Both the position numbers and the translations under genes were made by a program. From the NCBI GenBank assembly GCA_002414865.1, contig DIAQ01000033.1, forward strand, positions 26,958-90,957: 64,000 nt of DNA, read 5' to 3'. Shown here piece after piece: positions 1 through 9,796 of the stretch; within the stretch, counting starts at the first letter, position 1; each line of letters opens with the position of its first letter. The notes beneath the pieces were generated by a model, which had not been told where the DNA came from, searched no databases, and saw only the letters and a list, made by a program, of their open reading frames with translations. Origin of the DNA: a candidate division Hyd24-12 bacterium UBA5074. Its GTDB lineage: Bacteria; Fermentibacterota; Fermentibacteria; Fermentibacterales; Fermentibacteraceae.

Positions 1-1609
1 CACGGCGCTCCTGGGCAGGCGCGACGTGATCGTGGTGGCCTCGGTGAGCTGCATCTACGGCCTGGGCAATCCCTCCTCCTTCAGGACCACGTGCGTGGAG
101 GTGTCGAAGGGAGGCGGGCGGGGCCTGGAGGAGCTGCTCGGGGAGCTGGTGGCCGTCCAGTACGAGAGGAACGACATCGCGCTCGTCCGCGGGCGGTTCC
201 GCGTGCGGGGCGACGTCGTCGACATCGTGCCGTCGTACATGGACACCGGGTACCGGATCGAGTTCTTCGGGAACGAGGTCGAGTCCATCAGGGCCATCGA
301 CCATCTCACGGGCCATGTCCAGGCCGATCTCGAATCGGTGCTGATCTATCCGGCGAAGCACTTCGTCATCACCGAGGCCGATCTCGCACTCGGGATGGGC
401 AGGATCGAGGAGGAGCTGGAGGCCAGGCTGCGCACTCTCAAGGTCAACGGCCGCATACTCGAGGCCCAGAGGCTCGAGTCCAGGACCAGGTACGACCTCG
501 AGCTGCTCGGGCAGACCGGCTACTGCCCGGGCATCGAGAACTACAGCAGGCACCTCTCGGGAAGGGGTGAGGGCGAGAGGCCTGCATGCCTGCTCGACTA
601 TTTCCCCTCCGACATGCTCGTGGTAATCGACGAGTCGCACCGGACCATCCCGCAGATCAGGGGCATGTACTCCGGGGACAGGGCGAGGAAGGAGACGCTG
701 GTCGAGCACGGCTTCAGGCTGCCGTCCGCGCTGGACAACAGGCCGCTCTTCCTCGACGAGTTCATCGGCATGGCCGGGCAGAAGATCTGCCTGTCCGCCA
801 CTCCGGCCGAGTACGAGCTCTCGAGATCCTCGGCCATCATCCCCCTCATCGTGAGACCCACCGGCCTGGTAGACCCGGAGCTGATCGTGAGACCCGCGCA
901 GGGCCAGATAGACGATCTCGTGCGCGACATCAGGGAGACCACCTCGGTCGGCGGGAGAGTCCTCGTCACCACGCTCACGAAGAAGATGGCCGAGCAGGTC
1001 TCCTCGTATCTCGAGGACCTGGGGATAAAGGCCAGATATGTCCACAGCGAGATCGACGCCCTCGAGAGGGTCTCGATCCTGCGGGATCTCAGGCTGGCCT
1101 CCTACGACGTCCTGGTGGGCGTGAACCTGCTGAGGGAGGGGCTCGATCTCCCCGAGGTCTCCCTGGTCGCGATACTCGACGCAGACAAGGAGGGCTTCCT
1201 CCGCTCACGCACCAGCCTGATCCAGACGGCCGGGCGGGCGGCGAGGAACATGGCGGGCCGGGTGGTGCTATATGCCGACACGGTCACCGACTCCATGAGG
1301 GACGCCATGGAGGAAACCGCGAGGAGACGGGATATCCAGCTCCGGTACAACGAGGAGCACGGGATCATCCCCCGCGGCATCACGAAGACCCGGGAGGAGA
1401 TACTACGGGCCACCAGCATAGCCGACTCGTTCGCGCCGAAGGAGCTGAAGTCGCAGCAACGGGAGAGTCTCCCGGACGATCCCGCGGCAGCCGCGGCGCT
1501 GCTGGAGAAGCGCATGATGGAAGCCGCCTCCAGGCTCGAGTTCGAAGAGGCGGCAAGGCTCCGGGACGCCTTGCGGAAGCTTATCGAGCCGCGGAGGAAC
1601 GGGGGTTGA
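1..1609 (+). CDS. uvrB: Excinuclease ABC subunit B (UvrB), 5'-truncated by window edge
   Basis: The frame is open from nt 2. The translation matches UvrB helicase motifs (VVVASVSCIYGLG, DESH). The C-terminal UVR domain (EFEEAARLRDALRKL) is present. Confidence 0.93.
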   Translation, partial: TALLGRRDVIVVASVSCIYGLGNPSSFRTTCVEVSKGGGRGLEELLGELVAVQYERNDIALVRGRFRVRGDVVDIVPSYMDTGYRIEFFGNEVESIRAIDHLTGHVQADLESVLIYPAKHFVITEADLALGMGRIEEELEARLRTLKVNGRILEAQRLESRTRYDLELLGQTGYCPGIENYSRHLSGRGEGERPACLLDYFPSDMLVVIDESHRTIPQIRGMYSGDRARKETLVEHGFRLPSALDNRPLFLDEFIGMAGQKICLSATPAEYELSRSSAIIPLIVRPTGLVDPELIVRPAQGQIDDLVRDIRETTSVGGRVLVTTLTKKMAEQVSSYLEDLGIKARYVHSEIDALERVSILRDLRLASYDVLVGVNLLREGLDLPEVSLVAILDADKEGFLRSRTSLIQTAGRAARNMAGRVVLYADTVTDSMRDAMEETARRRDIQLRYNEEHGIIPRGITKTREEILRATSIADSFAPKELKSQQRESLPDDPAAAAALLEKRMMEAASRLEFEEAARLRDALRKLIEPRRNGG

Positions 1610-1679
1610 CAGCCCTGATACCCTCGTCCATAGTACGGACGCGAAGGTGTAATTGTTAACCCGTGAAAGGGGGTTGTTC

Positions 1680-2303
1680 ATGAGAAGGGTGCTTTTCGTA
1701 CTGGCCGCACTGTCGGCCATGGCGTTCGCGAGCGGCAGCAACTTCCTGCTTGACCGCCCGGTAGTCGCCGGTTCGACCGATGACCTTCTTCAGTACGACG
1801 ACGGCAGCGCGTACTGGCTGACCTGGGGTGGTCTCTACAGGGGTACGTGGTTCAACCTCGACGACTTCCTCCCCGGTGGCATGGGCGCCGCCAACAACCT
1901 GCAGTACTGGTTCTACCACCACGCCAGCTATCCCTGGGACACCGCTTCGTTCTACTCCGAGCTCTACAATGGCGATGCGGCCGCCCCTGTGACCCAGCTG
2001 AACCAGACCTCCTGCCTCGCAACCCACTACACTCCGATCACCGCCACCTATGCGACCCCCATCGTCACCGAGTCCGACTTCTGGGGTCTCATCAACACCG
2101 AGATGTCCGCGGGCGGCTGGCCTTCGGTCCTCGGCGACAACAGTGCCGGCTCCGTGAGCCACAGCATGTTCAGCGATGACTTCATCGTCTGGGAGCCCTG
2201 GATCATCAGCGGCTCCTACTCGAACGACTACCTCATCCGCTGCACCTTCACGTTCGGGCTCGAGAGCACTACCTGGGGCGCCATCAAGGGTCTGTACAAC
2301 TAG
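1680..2303 (+). CDS. Hypothetical secreted protein (signal peptide, W/Y/T-rich)
   Basis: ATG at 1680 is preceded by GAAAGGGGG. The N-terminus MRRVLFVLAALSAMAFASG looks like a signal peptide. No recognisable family. Confidence 0.5.
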   Translation: MRRVLFVLAALSAMAFASGSNFLLDRPVVAGSTDDLLQYDDGSAYWLTWGGLYRGTWFNLDDFLPGGMGAANNLQYWFYHHASYPWDTASFYSELYNGDAAAPVTQLNQTSCLATHYTPITATYATPIVTESDFWGLINTEMSAGGWPSVLGDNSAGSVSHSMFSDDFIVWEPWIISGSYSNDYLIRCTFTFGLESTTWGAIKGLYN

Positions 2304-2393
2304 ACAACCCTTGTTCCCGTTCCTTGGGGCGCCGGCTCTTCGGAGCCGGCGCCCTTCTTATGAGGGAGTCTGCCTGATGGAGGACCGGCGCCG

Positions 2394-4115
2394 ATGAGCG
2401 TCATGGTGGCAAGGACTGCAGGTTTCTGCTGGGGGGTCCGACGCGCGGTGGACCTCGTGCTCGCCGAGCTCAAGAGGGGAGGCGGGCCCTGCAGGGTGTC
2501 CGGTCCATTGGTCCACAATCCGCAGGTGCTGGACGCTCTCGCGGAGCGAGGCGTGGAATGCTGCAGGGATACCGGCGAGGTGCGGGGCGGGGTGCTCTTC
2601 CTCCCCACGCACGGCACGACCCTCGAAGAGCGAGGCAGACTCGATGCGCTCGATGTGCGGCTGAGGGATCTGACCTGTCCCAGGGTCGGCAGGGCGCTGG
2701 CCCTCGCCAGGAGGAAGTCGTCCGACGGCTGCAGCGTGATAATCCTGGGCGATCCCGACCATCGCGAGGTCCACGCCCTGAAGTCGTACGGGGGGGAATC
2801 CGCCGTCGTCGTGACGGGCCCGGGCGACGTGGAAGGGCTGCCCGATCTTCAGCGGCCGTTCCTGCTGTCCCAGACCACTCAGGACACCGAGGTCTTCAGG
2901 CGGACGGAGGAGGCTCTCCGGGCCAGGTTCCCCGGTCTCCAGTCCGAGAATACCATCTGCGATTCCACCGGCCTGCGCCAGGAGGAGCTCAGGAAACTGT
3001 GCCCGAAGGCCGACTGCGCGGTCGTGGTCGGCGGCAGGGACAGCGCCAACACCGCGAGGCTCGCGGATATCGCGAAGAGCTGCGGACTGCCGGTCTTCCT
3101 GATCGAGTCCGACGCCGGGCTCGACCCCCGTGCGCTGCAGGGCTACCGGCGGATCCTTGTGACCTCTGGCGCCTCGACCCCCGGCTGGGTGATAAGGAGG
3201 GTGCGGGGCAGGCTGCTCGAGATGCAGGGCGCGACTGCCGGAAGGGCTCTCGAGCTTCTGTCGGACGCGTTCCACGGGAGCTTCCACGTGCTTCCCTCGG
3301 CGTTCCTTCTCGGCACCGCGGGAGCCCTGGCTCTCGGAGGCGCCGGCTGGATGCTGCCTGTGGTGGCCGCCTCCCTCGCCCTCTCGGCGCTCCACATGCT
3401 CAACGCCTTGCTGGAATCGGGATTTTCGCATTCGGTCAGCGTGCAGAGGCATTCCTTCCTCCGCCGCAACAGGGGTCTCCTCACACTCGCGGCAGTTCTC
3501 TCGCTGTGCGGAGCGGCCGCGATCTCGCTCTTCCTCCCTCCGCTCTGGGGTCTCCCGCTGGCGGGAGGCGTGGTGCTCTTCTCGCTCTACTCGATGCCGC
3601 TCATCAGGAATCCTGGAAAGCCCCCGCGCGGCGTGAGGGCGATCCCGGGCTCGCGCGACCTGATCTTCGCCGCCGCCTGGGCATTCCTGCTGTCCCTGCT
3701 CCCCTCGATCTCGCTCGGCATCCCCCGGTGCGGGCTCCCGGGCGTGGCCGCCTGGTCGGCCACCCTGTTCATGCTCCTGCTCGCGAGGTCCATCCTCCTG
3801 GACCTCGTGGATCTCCAGAGCGACGCGATGATGGGCAGGGACACGATCCCGCTGGCACTCGGCTGGGTCTGGAGCCGCATCCTCTTCTGGGCCTGCGTCA
3901 CACTGCCGGTTGTCATCGTCACTGCGTCCGTCGCCTTGGACCTGCTGGCCCTGCCGGCTCTCGGGATCCTGGCCGGATACGCATGGTTGACCGCTGGCTA
4001 TATCGTATTGCGCCGAACACCCTTCCCGTCCGATCTCCTCGCGAGGACTGCCGCTGACGGCAGCCTGCTCGCGGCGGGTATATTACCGCTGCTGCTCGCA
4101 CTGAACGTCCCCTGA
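2394..4115 (+). CDS. ispH: 4-hydroxy-3-methylbut-2-enyl diphosphate reductase (IspH/LytB) fused to a C-terminal polytopic membrane domain resembling UbiA-type prenyltransferases
   Basis: Residues 1-285 are IspH-like (AGFCWGVRRAV, TSGASTPGWVIRRV). A multi-TM region of about 285 aa follows, with a UbiA-like second Asp-rich motif (DLVDLQSDAMMGRDTIPLALG). The first motif looks degenerate (NALLESGFS). Confidence 0.75.
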   Translation: MSVMVARTAGFCWGVRRAVDLVLAELKRGGGPCRVSGPLVHNPQVLDALAERGVECCRDTGEVRGGVLFLPTHGTTLEERGRLDALDVRLRDLTCPRVGRALALARRKSSDGCSVIILGDPDHREVHALKSYGGESAVVVTGPGDVEGLPDLQRPFLLSQTTQDTEVFRRTEEALRARFPGLQSENTICDSTGLRQEELRKLCPKADCAVVVGGRDSANTARLADIAKSCGLPVFLIESDAGLDPRALQGYRRILVTSGASTPGWVIRRVRGRLLEMQGATAGRALELLSDAFHGSFHVLPSAFLLGTAGALALGGAGWMLPVVAASLALSALHMLNALLESGFSHSVSVQRHSFLRRNRGLLTLAAVLSLCGAAAISLFLPPLWGLPLAGGVVLFSLYSMPLIRNPGKPPRGVRAIPGSRDLIFAAAWAFLLSLLPSISLGIPRCGLPGVAAWSATLFMLLLARSILLDLVDLQSDAMMGRDTIPLALGWVWSRILFWACVTLPVVIVTASVALDLLALPALGILAGYAWLTAGYIVLRRTPFPSDLLARTAADGSLLAAGILPLLLALNVP

Positions 4116-4155
4116 ACACCCGCGCCGCCGCGGTGCCGGCATTTGGAGGCCTCAC

Positions 4156-5451
4156 TTGATAGAGCGCTACAGCATCCCCGAGATGGAGGCGATCTGGTCG
4201 GACGAGAACCGCTTCTCGCGCTGGCTGGAGATCGAGCTGCTGGCCGTCGAAGCCCGCTGCGGGCTCGGTGCCGTTCCGAGAGCCGACCTGGATCTGCTGA
4301 GGAGCAAGGCCCGCTTCGACCCGGCCAGGATAGCCGTGATCGAGAACACAGTGAAGCACGATGTGATCGCATTCCTCATGTCGGTTTCGGAGAGCCTGGG
4401 ACCGGAGTCGAGGCATATTCACTATGGGATGACCTCCAGCGACATCCTCGATACCGCACTCGCCACGCAGCTCAGGGATGCGGGAGCGCTGCTGACCGGG
4501 GCGCTCGACGCCTGGGGCGGGTCGCTCGCGGGGCTCGTGAGGAGGACCAGGGGCATCCCCTGCATGGGGCGGACTCATGGAATGCACGCCGAGCCTACCA
4601 CCTTCGCCCTCAAGTTCGCAGGGCACCATGCCGAGTACCGGAGGTGCAGGGAGAGGCTGGAATCGGCGCTCGCAGACGTATGCACGGGCAAGCTCAGCGG
4701 AGCGGTGGGCACCTATGCCCATCTGGATCCCTCGGTGGAGGAGTTCGTCTGCGCGAGGCTGGGCCTCCGGCCTGAAACCGTGGCCACCCAGGTGGTCCCG
4801 CGAGACCGCCACGCGGCGTTCCTTTGGGCCCTGGCCAGCATCGGGGGAGCCCTGGAGCGCTTCGCCACGGAGATCAGGCACCTCCAGAGGACCGAGGTCT
4901 CGGAGGCGGAGGAGCCCTTCGGCAAGGGCCAGAGGGGCTCGAGCGCCATGCCGCATAAGCGGAATCCCATCACCTGCGAGAGGCTCTGCGGGATGGCCCG
5001 CCTCCTCCGGTCCTACCTGCTCGTGGGTCTAGAGGACACCTGCCTCTGGCACGAGCGCGACATCAGCCACTCGTCCGCGGAGAGGTTCGTCCTCCCGGAT
5101 GCCTGCGGCGTGGCCCTCTACTCGCTCAGGAAAGCCTGCGAGGTGGCCGACGGGCTTTGCATCTGCGAACAGGGCGCGATGGGGCACCTGGCCTCGGCGG
5201 GCGACGGCTTCTACTCCCAGACGGTCCTGCTCGCGATGGTCGACTCGGGAGCCGACAGGAACGCTGCATACGCCTCTGTCCAGGCAGCTGCCGCGCGGGC
5301 ATCGGAAGCCGGGAGGAGCTTCGTCGAGGAGGTCTGCGGAGATCCTTCGATAACCGCCGTCCTGCCATCCGGAAGCATCCGCGCCATGTGCAGCCTCGAG
5401 CGGCACCTCAGGCACGAAGGGGATATCCTGAAGCGGGCAGGCCTGGAGTAG
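4156..5451 (+). CDS. purB: Adenylosuccinate lyase
   Basis: The N-terminus MIERYSIPEMEAIWSDENRFSRWLEIELLAVEA is a canonical PurB start. Fumarate-lyase family signature. Confidence 0.93.
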   Translation: MIERYSIPEMEAIWSDENRFSRWLEIELLAVEARCGLGAVPRADLDLLRSKARFDPARIAVIENTVKHDVIAFLMSVSESLGPESRHIHYGMTSSDILDTALATQLRDAGALLTGALDAWGGSLAGLVRRTRGIPCMGRTHGMHAEPTTFALKFAGHHAEYRRCRERLESALADVCTGKLSGAVGTYAHLDPSVEEFVCARLGLRPETVATQVVPRDRHAAFLWALASIGGALERFATEIRHLQRTEVSEAEEPFGKGQRGSSAMPHKRNPITCERLCGMARLLRSYLLVGLEDTCLWHERDISHSSAERFVLPDACGVALYSLRKACEVADGLCICEQGAMGHLASAGDGFYSQTVLLAMVDSGADRNAAYASVQAAAARASEAGRSFVEEVCGDPSITAVLPSGSIRAMCSLERHLRHEGDILKRAGLE

Positions 5452-5541
5452 CGCCGGTGGCCCCCGGGCGCACCTTGGCCCATATTCGCTTCGGAGCAGG
5501 CCGGCATCTGCCGGTCCTTTCTCCGTGAAGGGTGGTCGGGA

Positions 5542-6696
5542 GTGGAAATTCTCATGCTCTTCCTTGGCCTGATCGTCGGCGCGACGGTGGCCTGGCTCTG
5601 GGTCTCGGCCGCGATGAAGCGCAGGCTGCAGGTCGAGGAGGATCGGGCGGCCGGCCTGAACCGCGAGCTGACCACGATCAAGCACGAGAACCGCGAGGTC
5701 TGCTCCAACGTCACCCAGCAGGCGCGGGAGATCCAGAATCATCGCGACCTCGCCGTCCTGCTGCCCGAGCTGGTCAAGCAGATCTTCTCGGCGCGCTCCG
5801 TCAACGAGCTGGCCGACTTCGTGGCCAGGGCAGTCAGCATGATGACGAACACGGAGAAGGTTGCCGTCTTCCTATCCGACAGGACCGGCAGGCGTCTGGG
5901 CCTCGTCGAGGCCAGGGGGCTCTCCGACGTTCTCCAGATGCCGCTCGCATTGAATGTGGGCGAAGGTCATGTCGGCTTCTCCGCCGAGACCGGGAGGGTG
6001 TTCTCCATCGAGGACCTGGAGAAGGAGAGCACTCTCGTCAGGAAGCATATCGAGGACTCGGCCATCCCGGGCTACGCCCCCGAGCTCGCCGCCCCCATGA
6101 CCAGCCAGGGAGTGCTCTACGGAGTGCTCTGCCTCAACGGCATACCCAAGGGGTCCAACCTGGTGAGGGAAAGGGTCCGGGCCATCGCCGCCATCGGGGC
6201 GGCGGCCAGCGAAAACATCAGGCTCCTCGAGAGATTCGAGACCGCTGCGGATCTCGACCCCGACACCGCACTCCCTGGGAAGAGCCAGATGCGCCACCGC
6301 ATGGATTCCGAGCTCGAGAGGGTCAGGCGCTTCAACAGCCCGCTCTCCATCATCGAGCTCCAGCTCCCTCAGGGAGCCTCCACCGACAGGCTCCTCGCCA
6401 AGGAGGTGATGCGCATGTGCGCCAACCAGCTCAAGGCCACCATGCGCAACATCGATACAGGCGTGCGCGTCGCGAGGGACCGGGTGATGCTCCTCCTCCC
6501 GGGCACGAATGCGGAAGGCCTGGTCAGCGTGGTCGCCCGCCTCGGAGTCGACCTCCCGGGCATGACCAACGAGGAGGGCGACAGGATCGCGTCCGTCAGG
6601 ATGCGCTTCCTCACCTGCGAACCCGGTGAGGACCTCTCGGTGGACCCTGTTCTCCAGAGGCTGGATCTGATGGAGTTCAGGGAGTTCTCATCCTGA
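5542..6696 (+). CDS. Membrane-anchored GAF domain protein with degenerate GGDEF-like C-terminal domain
   Basis: N-terminal TM helix, then a coiled coil, then a GAF-like block (VAVFLSDRTGRRLGLVEARGL...GEGHVGFSAETG). The C-terminal region is DGC-like (RFNSPLSIIELQL...RVARDRVMLLLPG) but lacks the GG(D/E)EF motif. Confidence 0.55.
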   Translation: MEILMLFLGLIVGATVAWLWVSAAMKRRLQVEEDRAAGLNRELTTIKHENREVCSNVTQQAREIQNHRDLAVLLPELVKQIFSARSVNELADFVARAVSMMTNTEKVAVFLSDRTGRRLGLVEARGLSDVLQMPLALNVGEGHVGFSAETGRVFSIEDLEKESTLVRKHIEDSAIPGYAPELAAPMTSQGVLYGVLCLNGIPKGSNLVRERVRAIAAIGAAASENIRLLERFETAADLDPDTALPGKSQMRHRMDSELERVRRFNSPLSIIELQLPQGASTDRLLAKEVMRMCANQLKATMRNIDTGVRVARDRVMLLLPGTNAEGLVSVVARLGVDLPGMTNEEGDRIASVRMRFLTCEPGEDLSVDPVLQRLDLMEFREFSS

Positions 6697-6719
6697 CGCC
6701 CGACACGCCGGAGGCAGGC

Positions 6720-8984
6720 ATGGAAGGGCTCAGGGCGGCCCTGGAGAAGTCGATCGCCTCCCGCGGGCTCTCGCTCACTCCGGACGAAGCGCTGAAAGTG
6801 GCCTCCTGGGTGGGACGGATGCCCACTCCGGTCGAGCTCCACCTGTTCGACACGATGTGGAGCGAGCACTGCTCGTACAAGAGTTCCCGCAGGCTCCTTT
6901 CGGTTCTGCCCACGAACTCGCCCGACGTGACCCTCGGACCCGGCGAGGATGCCGGGGCTTTCCGGTTCGCGGAGCACGCGGGGAAGTGCTGGGATGTGGT
7001 GGTCGCCCACGAGAGCCACAACCATCCCTCCCAGGTCCTCCCGGTCGAGGGAGCCGCAACGGGAGTCGGCGGCATCGTCCGCGATGTCTACTGCATGGGT
7101 GCCACGGTCACCGGCGTGATGGACATGCTCCGATTCGGCGATCCCCTGGGTCCTGCGGGCAGCAGGGTCCGCTCCATCGCCAGGGGTGTCGTGAACGGGA
7201 TATGGCAGTACGGTAACGCTCTCGGCGTGCCCAATCAGGGCGGAGATACCTGCTTCCATCCCGGCTACGACGACAACTGCCTCGTGAACGTGGTGGCCAT
7301 GGGCGTCGTCGAGTCCTCCCGCCTCGTGCACAGCCGGGTGCCGGAAGCCGCCCACGGCGAGCCCTACGTGCTCGTCCTCGTGGGGAAACCCACCGATTCC
7401 ACCGGGTTCGGCGGCGCCACCTTCGCCTCGGCCGATCTCGACGAAGGCGGCCTGAGGGCGGTGCAGGTGGCCGATCCATTCCTGAAGAGGGTGGTTTCGA
7501 TCGCGAATGCCGCGGCGCTCGATTTCCTGTTCGAGAGCGGCGCCAGCTTCGGGTTCAAGGATCTGGGCGCCGGCGGCATCGCCTGCGTCAGCAGCGAGAT
7601 GGCCGCAGCGGGCGGGATGGGGGTCGAGCTCTTCCTGGATGAAGTCCCCACAGCCGTCGAAGGGCTGCCGCCCGAGGTCATCGCCTGCTCCGAGACGCAG
7701 GAGAGATACGGCCTCGCCGTCCCCGAGCGCCTGGCCGCCAGGATCCTGGCCATATACAACGAGGACTACGAGATGCCGAAGCTGCACCCCGGGGCGGGCG
7801 CGGCGCTCATAGGGCGCTTCGTGGACGATCCCGTGTACAGGGTCTGGTGCAGGGGCACGGAGGCCGCCTGCGCTCCTGTCGAGGCCATCACCAGAGGCAT
7901 CCACCACGAGCGCCCCTGGAGGGAGGCCCCGATCACCGCGCCAGGGATGCCGTCGCGGGAGTTCTCCCCGGCACAGGACATCTCGAGGATGGCCCTGTCG
8001 CTCTCCGGATGCTCGAGGAAGCCGCTGTTCTCGTACTACGACTGTGAAGTGCAGGGCATCGCCCTGTTCAGGCCGGGCGAAGCCGACGCTTCCGTAAGCC
8101 TGCCGGTGCCGGGCTGCATGGCCGGGCTGGCCGTGTCAGGAGCCGGGAACCCGTGGATAGGGGAGCTCGATCCGTTCCTCGGAGGAGCATCAGCCGTCGC
8201 CGAGGCTGTCCGGAACGTCGTTGCCGTCGGGGCGACTCCGCTCGCGGCCACGGACTGTCTCAACTACGGCAGCCCCGAGGTGCCCGAGGTCATGTGGCAG
8301 TTCCGCAGGGGGCTCGAGGGCATATCCGAGGCCTGCAAGGCTTTCGGTTTCACGGGCGGCCCGCTCCCCATAGTGTCCGGAAACGTGAGCTTCTACAATC
8401 AGACCCCTGCCGGCCGCGCGATACCTCCATCTCCCGTGGTGGCCGTGTTCGGCCGCATCTCCGACGCCTCCAAGGCGGTGGACATCTCCCTCAAGGAGCC
8501 CGGGAACCTGCTGGTCCTCTTCGGTCCGAGGCGCGGGGAGCTCGGCGGCAGCCTCTACGCGAGGGAGTTCTGCGGCGGCTCGGGAGGTCCTCCTCCCGGA
8601 TTCCGCCCCGCGGAGGAGAGGGAGATGGCCGGGGAGATCCTCGAGTGGATCTCCGCGGGCAGGGCGCGGGCATGCCATGACATCTCGGAGGGCGGCATGG
8701 CCCTGGCCGCCCTGGAGATGATCCTCGCCGACTCGGATGCCGGAGGATGCGGAATCGAGCTGTCCTGCTCCTGCGATGCGATCGCCCTGTGCGCTGAGAA
8801 TGCAGGCTACCTCGTCGAGGTGAGGCCGGGCGACCTCCCTCCGCAGATGCCCGGATTCGCCTCCGTCATCGGAACGGTGACGGGAGACGGCTCCCTCTCC
8901 GGTCCGGGATGGAGGCTCGAGGTCTCCTTGCTGCGACCGGCGTGGGCGGACAGGCTCGCATCGGTCGTCTGGAGGGAGGAATGA
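6720..8984 (+). CDS. purL: Phosphoribosylformylglycinamidine synthase subunit PurL
   Basis: Small-PurL architecture with the HESHNHPS motif. Repeated AIR-synthase-like domains. Confidence 0.92.
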   Translation: MEGLRAALEKSIASRGLSLTPDEALKVASWVGRMPTPVELHLFDTMWSEHCSYKSSRRLLSVLPTNSPDVTLGPGEDAGAFRFAEHAGKCWDVVVAHESHNHPSQVLPVEGAATGVGGIVRDVYCMGATVTGVMDMLRFGDPLGPAGSRVRSIARGVVNGIWQYGNALGVPNQGGDTCFHPGYDDNCLVNVVAMGVVESSRLVHSRVPEAAHGEPYVLVLVGKPTDSTGFGGATFASADLDEGGLRAVQVADPFLKRVVSIANAAALDFLFESGASFGFKDLGAGGIACVSSEMAAAGGMGVELFLDEVPTAVEGLPPEVIACSETQERYGLAVPERLAARILAIYNEDYEMPKLHPGAGAALIGRFVDDPVYRVWCRGTEAACAPVEAITRGIHHERPWREAPITAPGMPSREFSPAQDISRMALSLSGCSRKPLFSYYDCEVQGIALFRPGEADASVSLPVPGCMAGLAVSGAGNPWIGELDPFLGGASAVAEAVRNVVAVGATPLAATDCLNYGSPEVPEVMWQFRRGLEGISEACKAFGFTGGPLPIVSGNVSFYNQTPAGRAIPPSPVVAVFGRISDASKAVDISLKEPGNLLVLFGPRRGELGGSLYAREFCGGSGGPPPGFRPAEEREMAGEILEWISAGRARACHDISEGGMALAALEMILADSDAGGCGIELSCSCDAIALCAENAGYLVEVRPGDLPPQMPGFASVIGTVTGDGSLSGPGWRLEVSLLRPAWADRLASVVWREE

Positions 8985-9796
8985 GCCGGCCCGGGGTCGC
9001 TGTCATCCAGTTCCCTGGCTCCAACTGCGAGCGTGAGACCGCCCGGGCCCTGGAATCGGCGGGTCTGTCCGCCACGATAATCAGGTGGAACGAGGGCGCC
9101 CGGCTGATCTCCTCCTGCCATGCATGCGTTCTCCCTGGTGGATTCTCGTTCCAGGACAGGATCAGGGCCGGCGCCGTCGCCGCCAAGGAGCCGGTGATGG
9201 AGGCCGTCGCCGCGATGGCGGATTCCGGAAGGCCCGTGCTGGGCATCTGCAACGGCGCCCAGATACTCGTCGAGAGCGGCCTGGTTCCGGGCTGGGCTCC
9301 GGGCTCCGTCGAGGCCGCGCTTGCCGCCAATGACATACCGGGCCGGAGCGGCTACCTCTCTGGATGGGCGTTCGTGCGTGTGGCCGAGGGTGCCTCCCGC
9401 TCACCCTGGCTTGCGGAGGCTCCGGGGGGAGCCATCCCGCTGCCGTTCGCCCACGCCGAGGGACGGTTCGAGTTCGCCCAGGGCACATCGCTGGATCACC
9501 TGATCTCGAGGGGCACGCCGGGACTCCTCTACTGCCGGCGCGACGGCTCGCCGGCCCTGGGCTTCCCCGCGAATCCCAACGGCTCCTCCTTCAGCCTGGC
9601 AGGCATCCTCAACCCGGGCGGGAACGTGCTCGCGATGATGCCTCATCCCGAGAGGGCGGCGATGCTCTGGCAGGTGCCGCCCGCGCTGGGTGGAAGCTGG
9701 GGAGGCCTCAGGAGGGCTTCCCGCCGTCTCGACGTCCCCGGTCCGGGAGCGGCCCTCTTCCTGAGCCTGGCGACCTTCCTGGGGGCAGGCAGCTGA
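8981..9796 (+). CDS. purQ: Phosphoribosylformylglycinamidine synthase glutaminase subunit PurQ
   Basis: MSRPGVAVIQFPGSNCERE is a class-I GATase start. Its ATG overlaps the purL stop (ATGA). Confidence 0.9.
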   Translation: MSRPGVAVIQFPGSNCERETARALESAGLSATIIRWNEGARLISSCHACVLPGGFSFQDRIRAGAVAAKEPVMEAVAAMADSGRPVLGICNGAQILVESGLVPGWAPGSVEAALAANDIPGRSGYLSGWAFVRVAEGASRSPWLAEAPGGAIPLPFAHAEGRFEFAQGTSLDHLISRGTPGLLYCRRDGSPALGFPANPNGSSFSLAGILNPGGNVLAMMPHPERAAMLWQVPPALGGSWGGLRRASRRLDVPGPGAALFLSLATFLGAGS

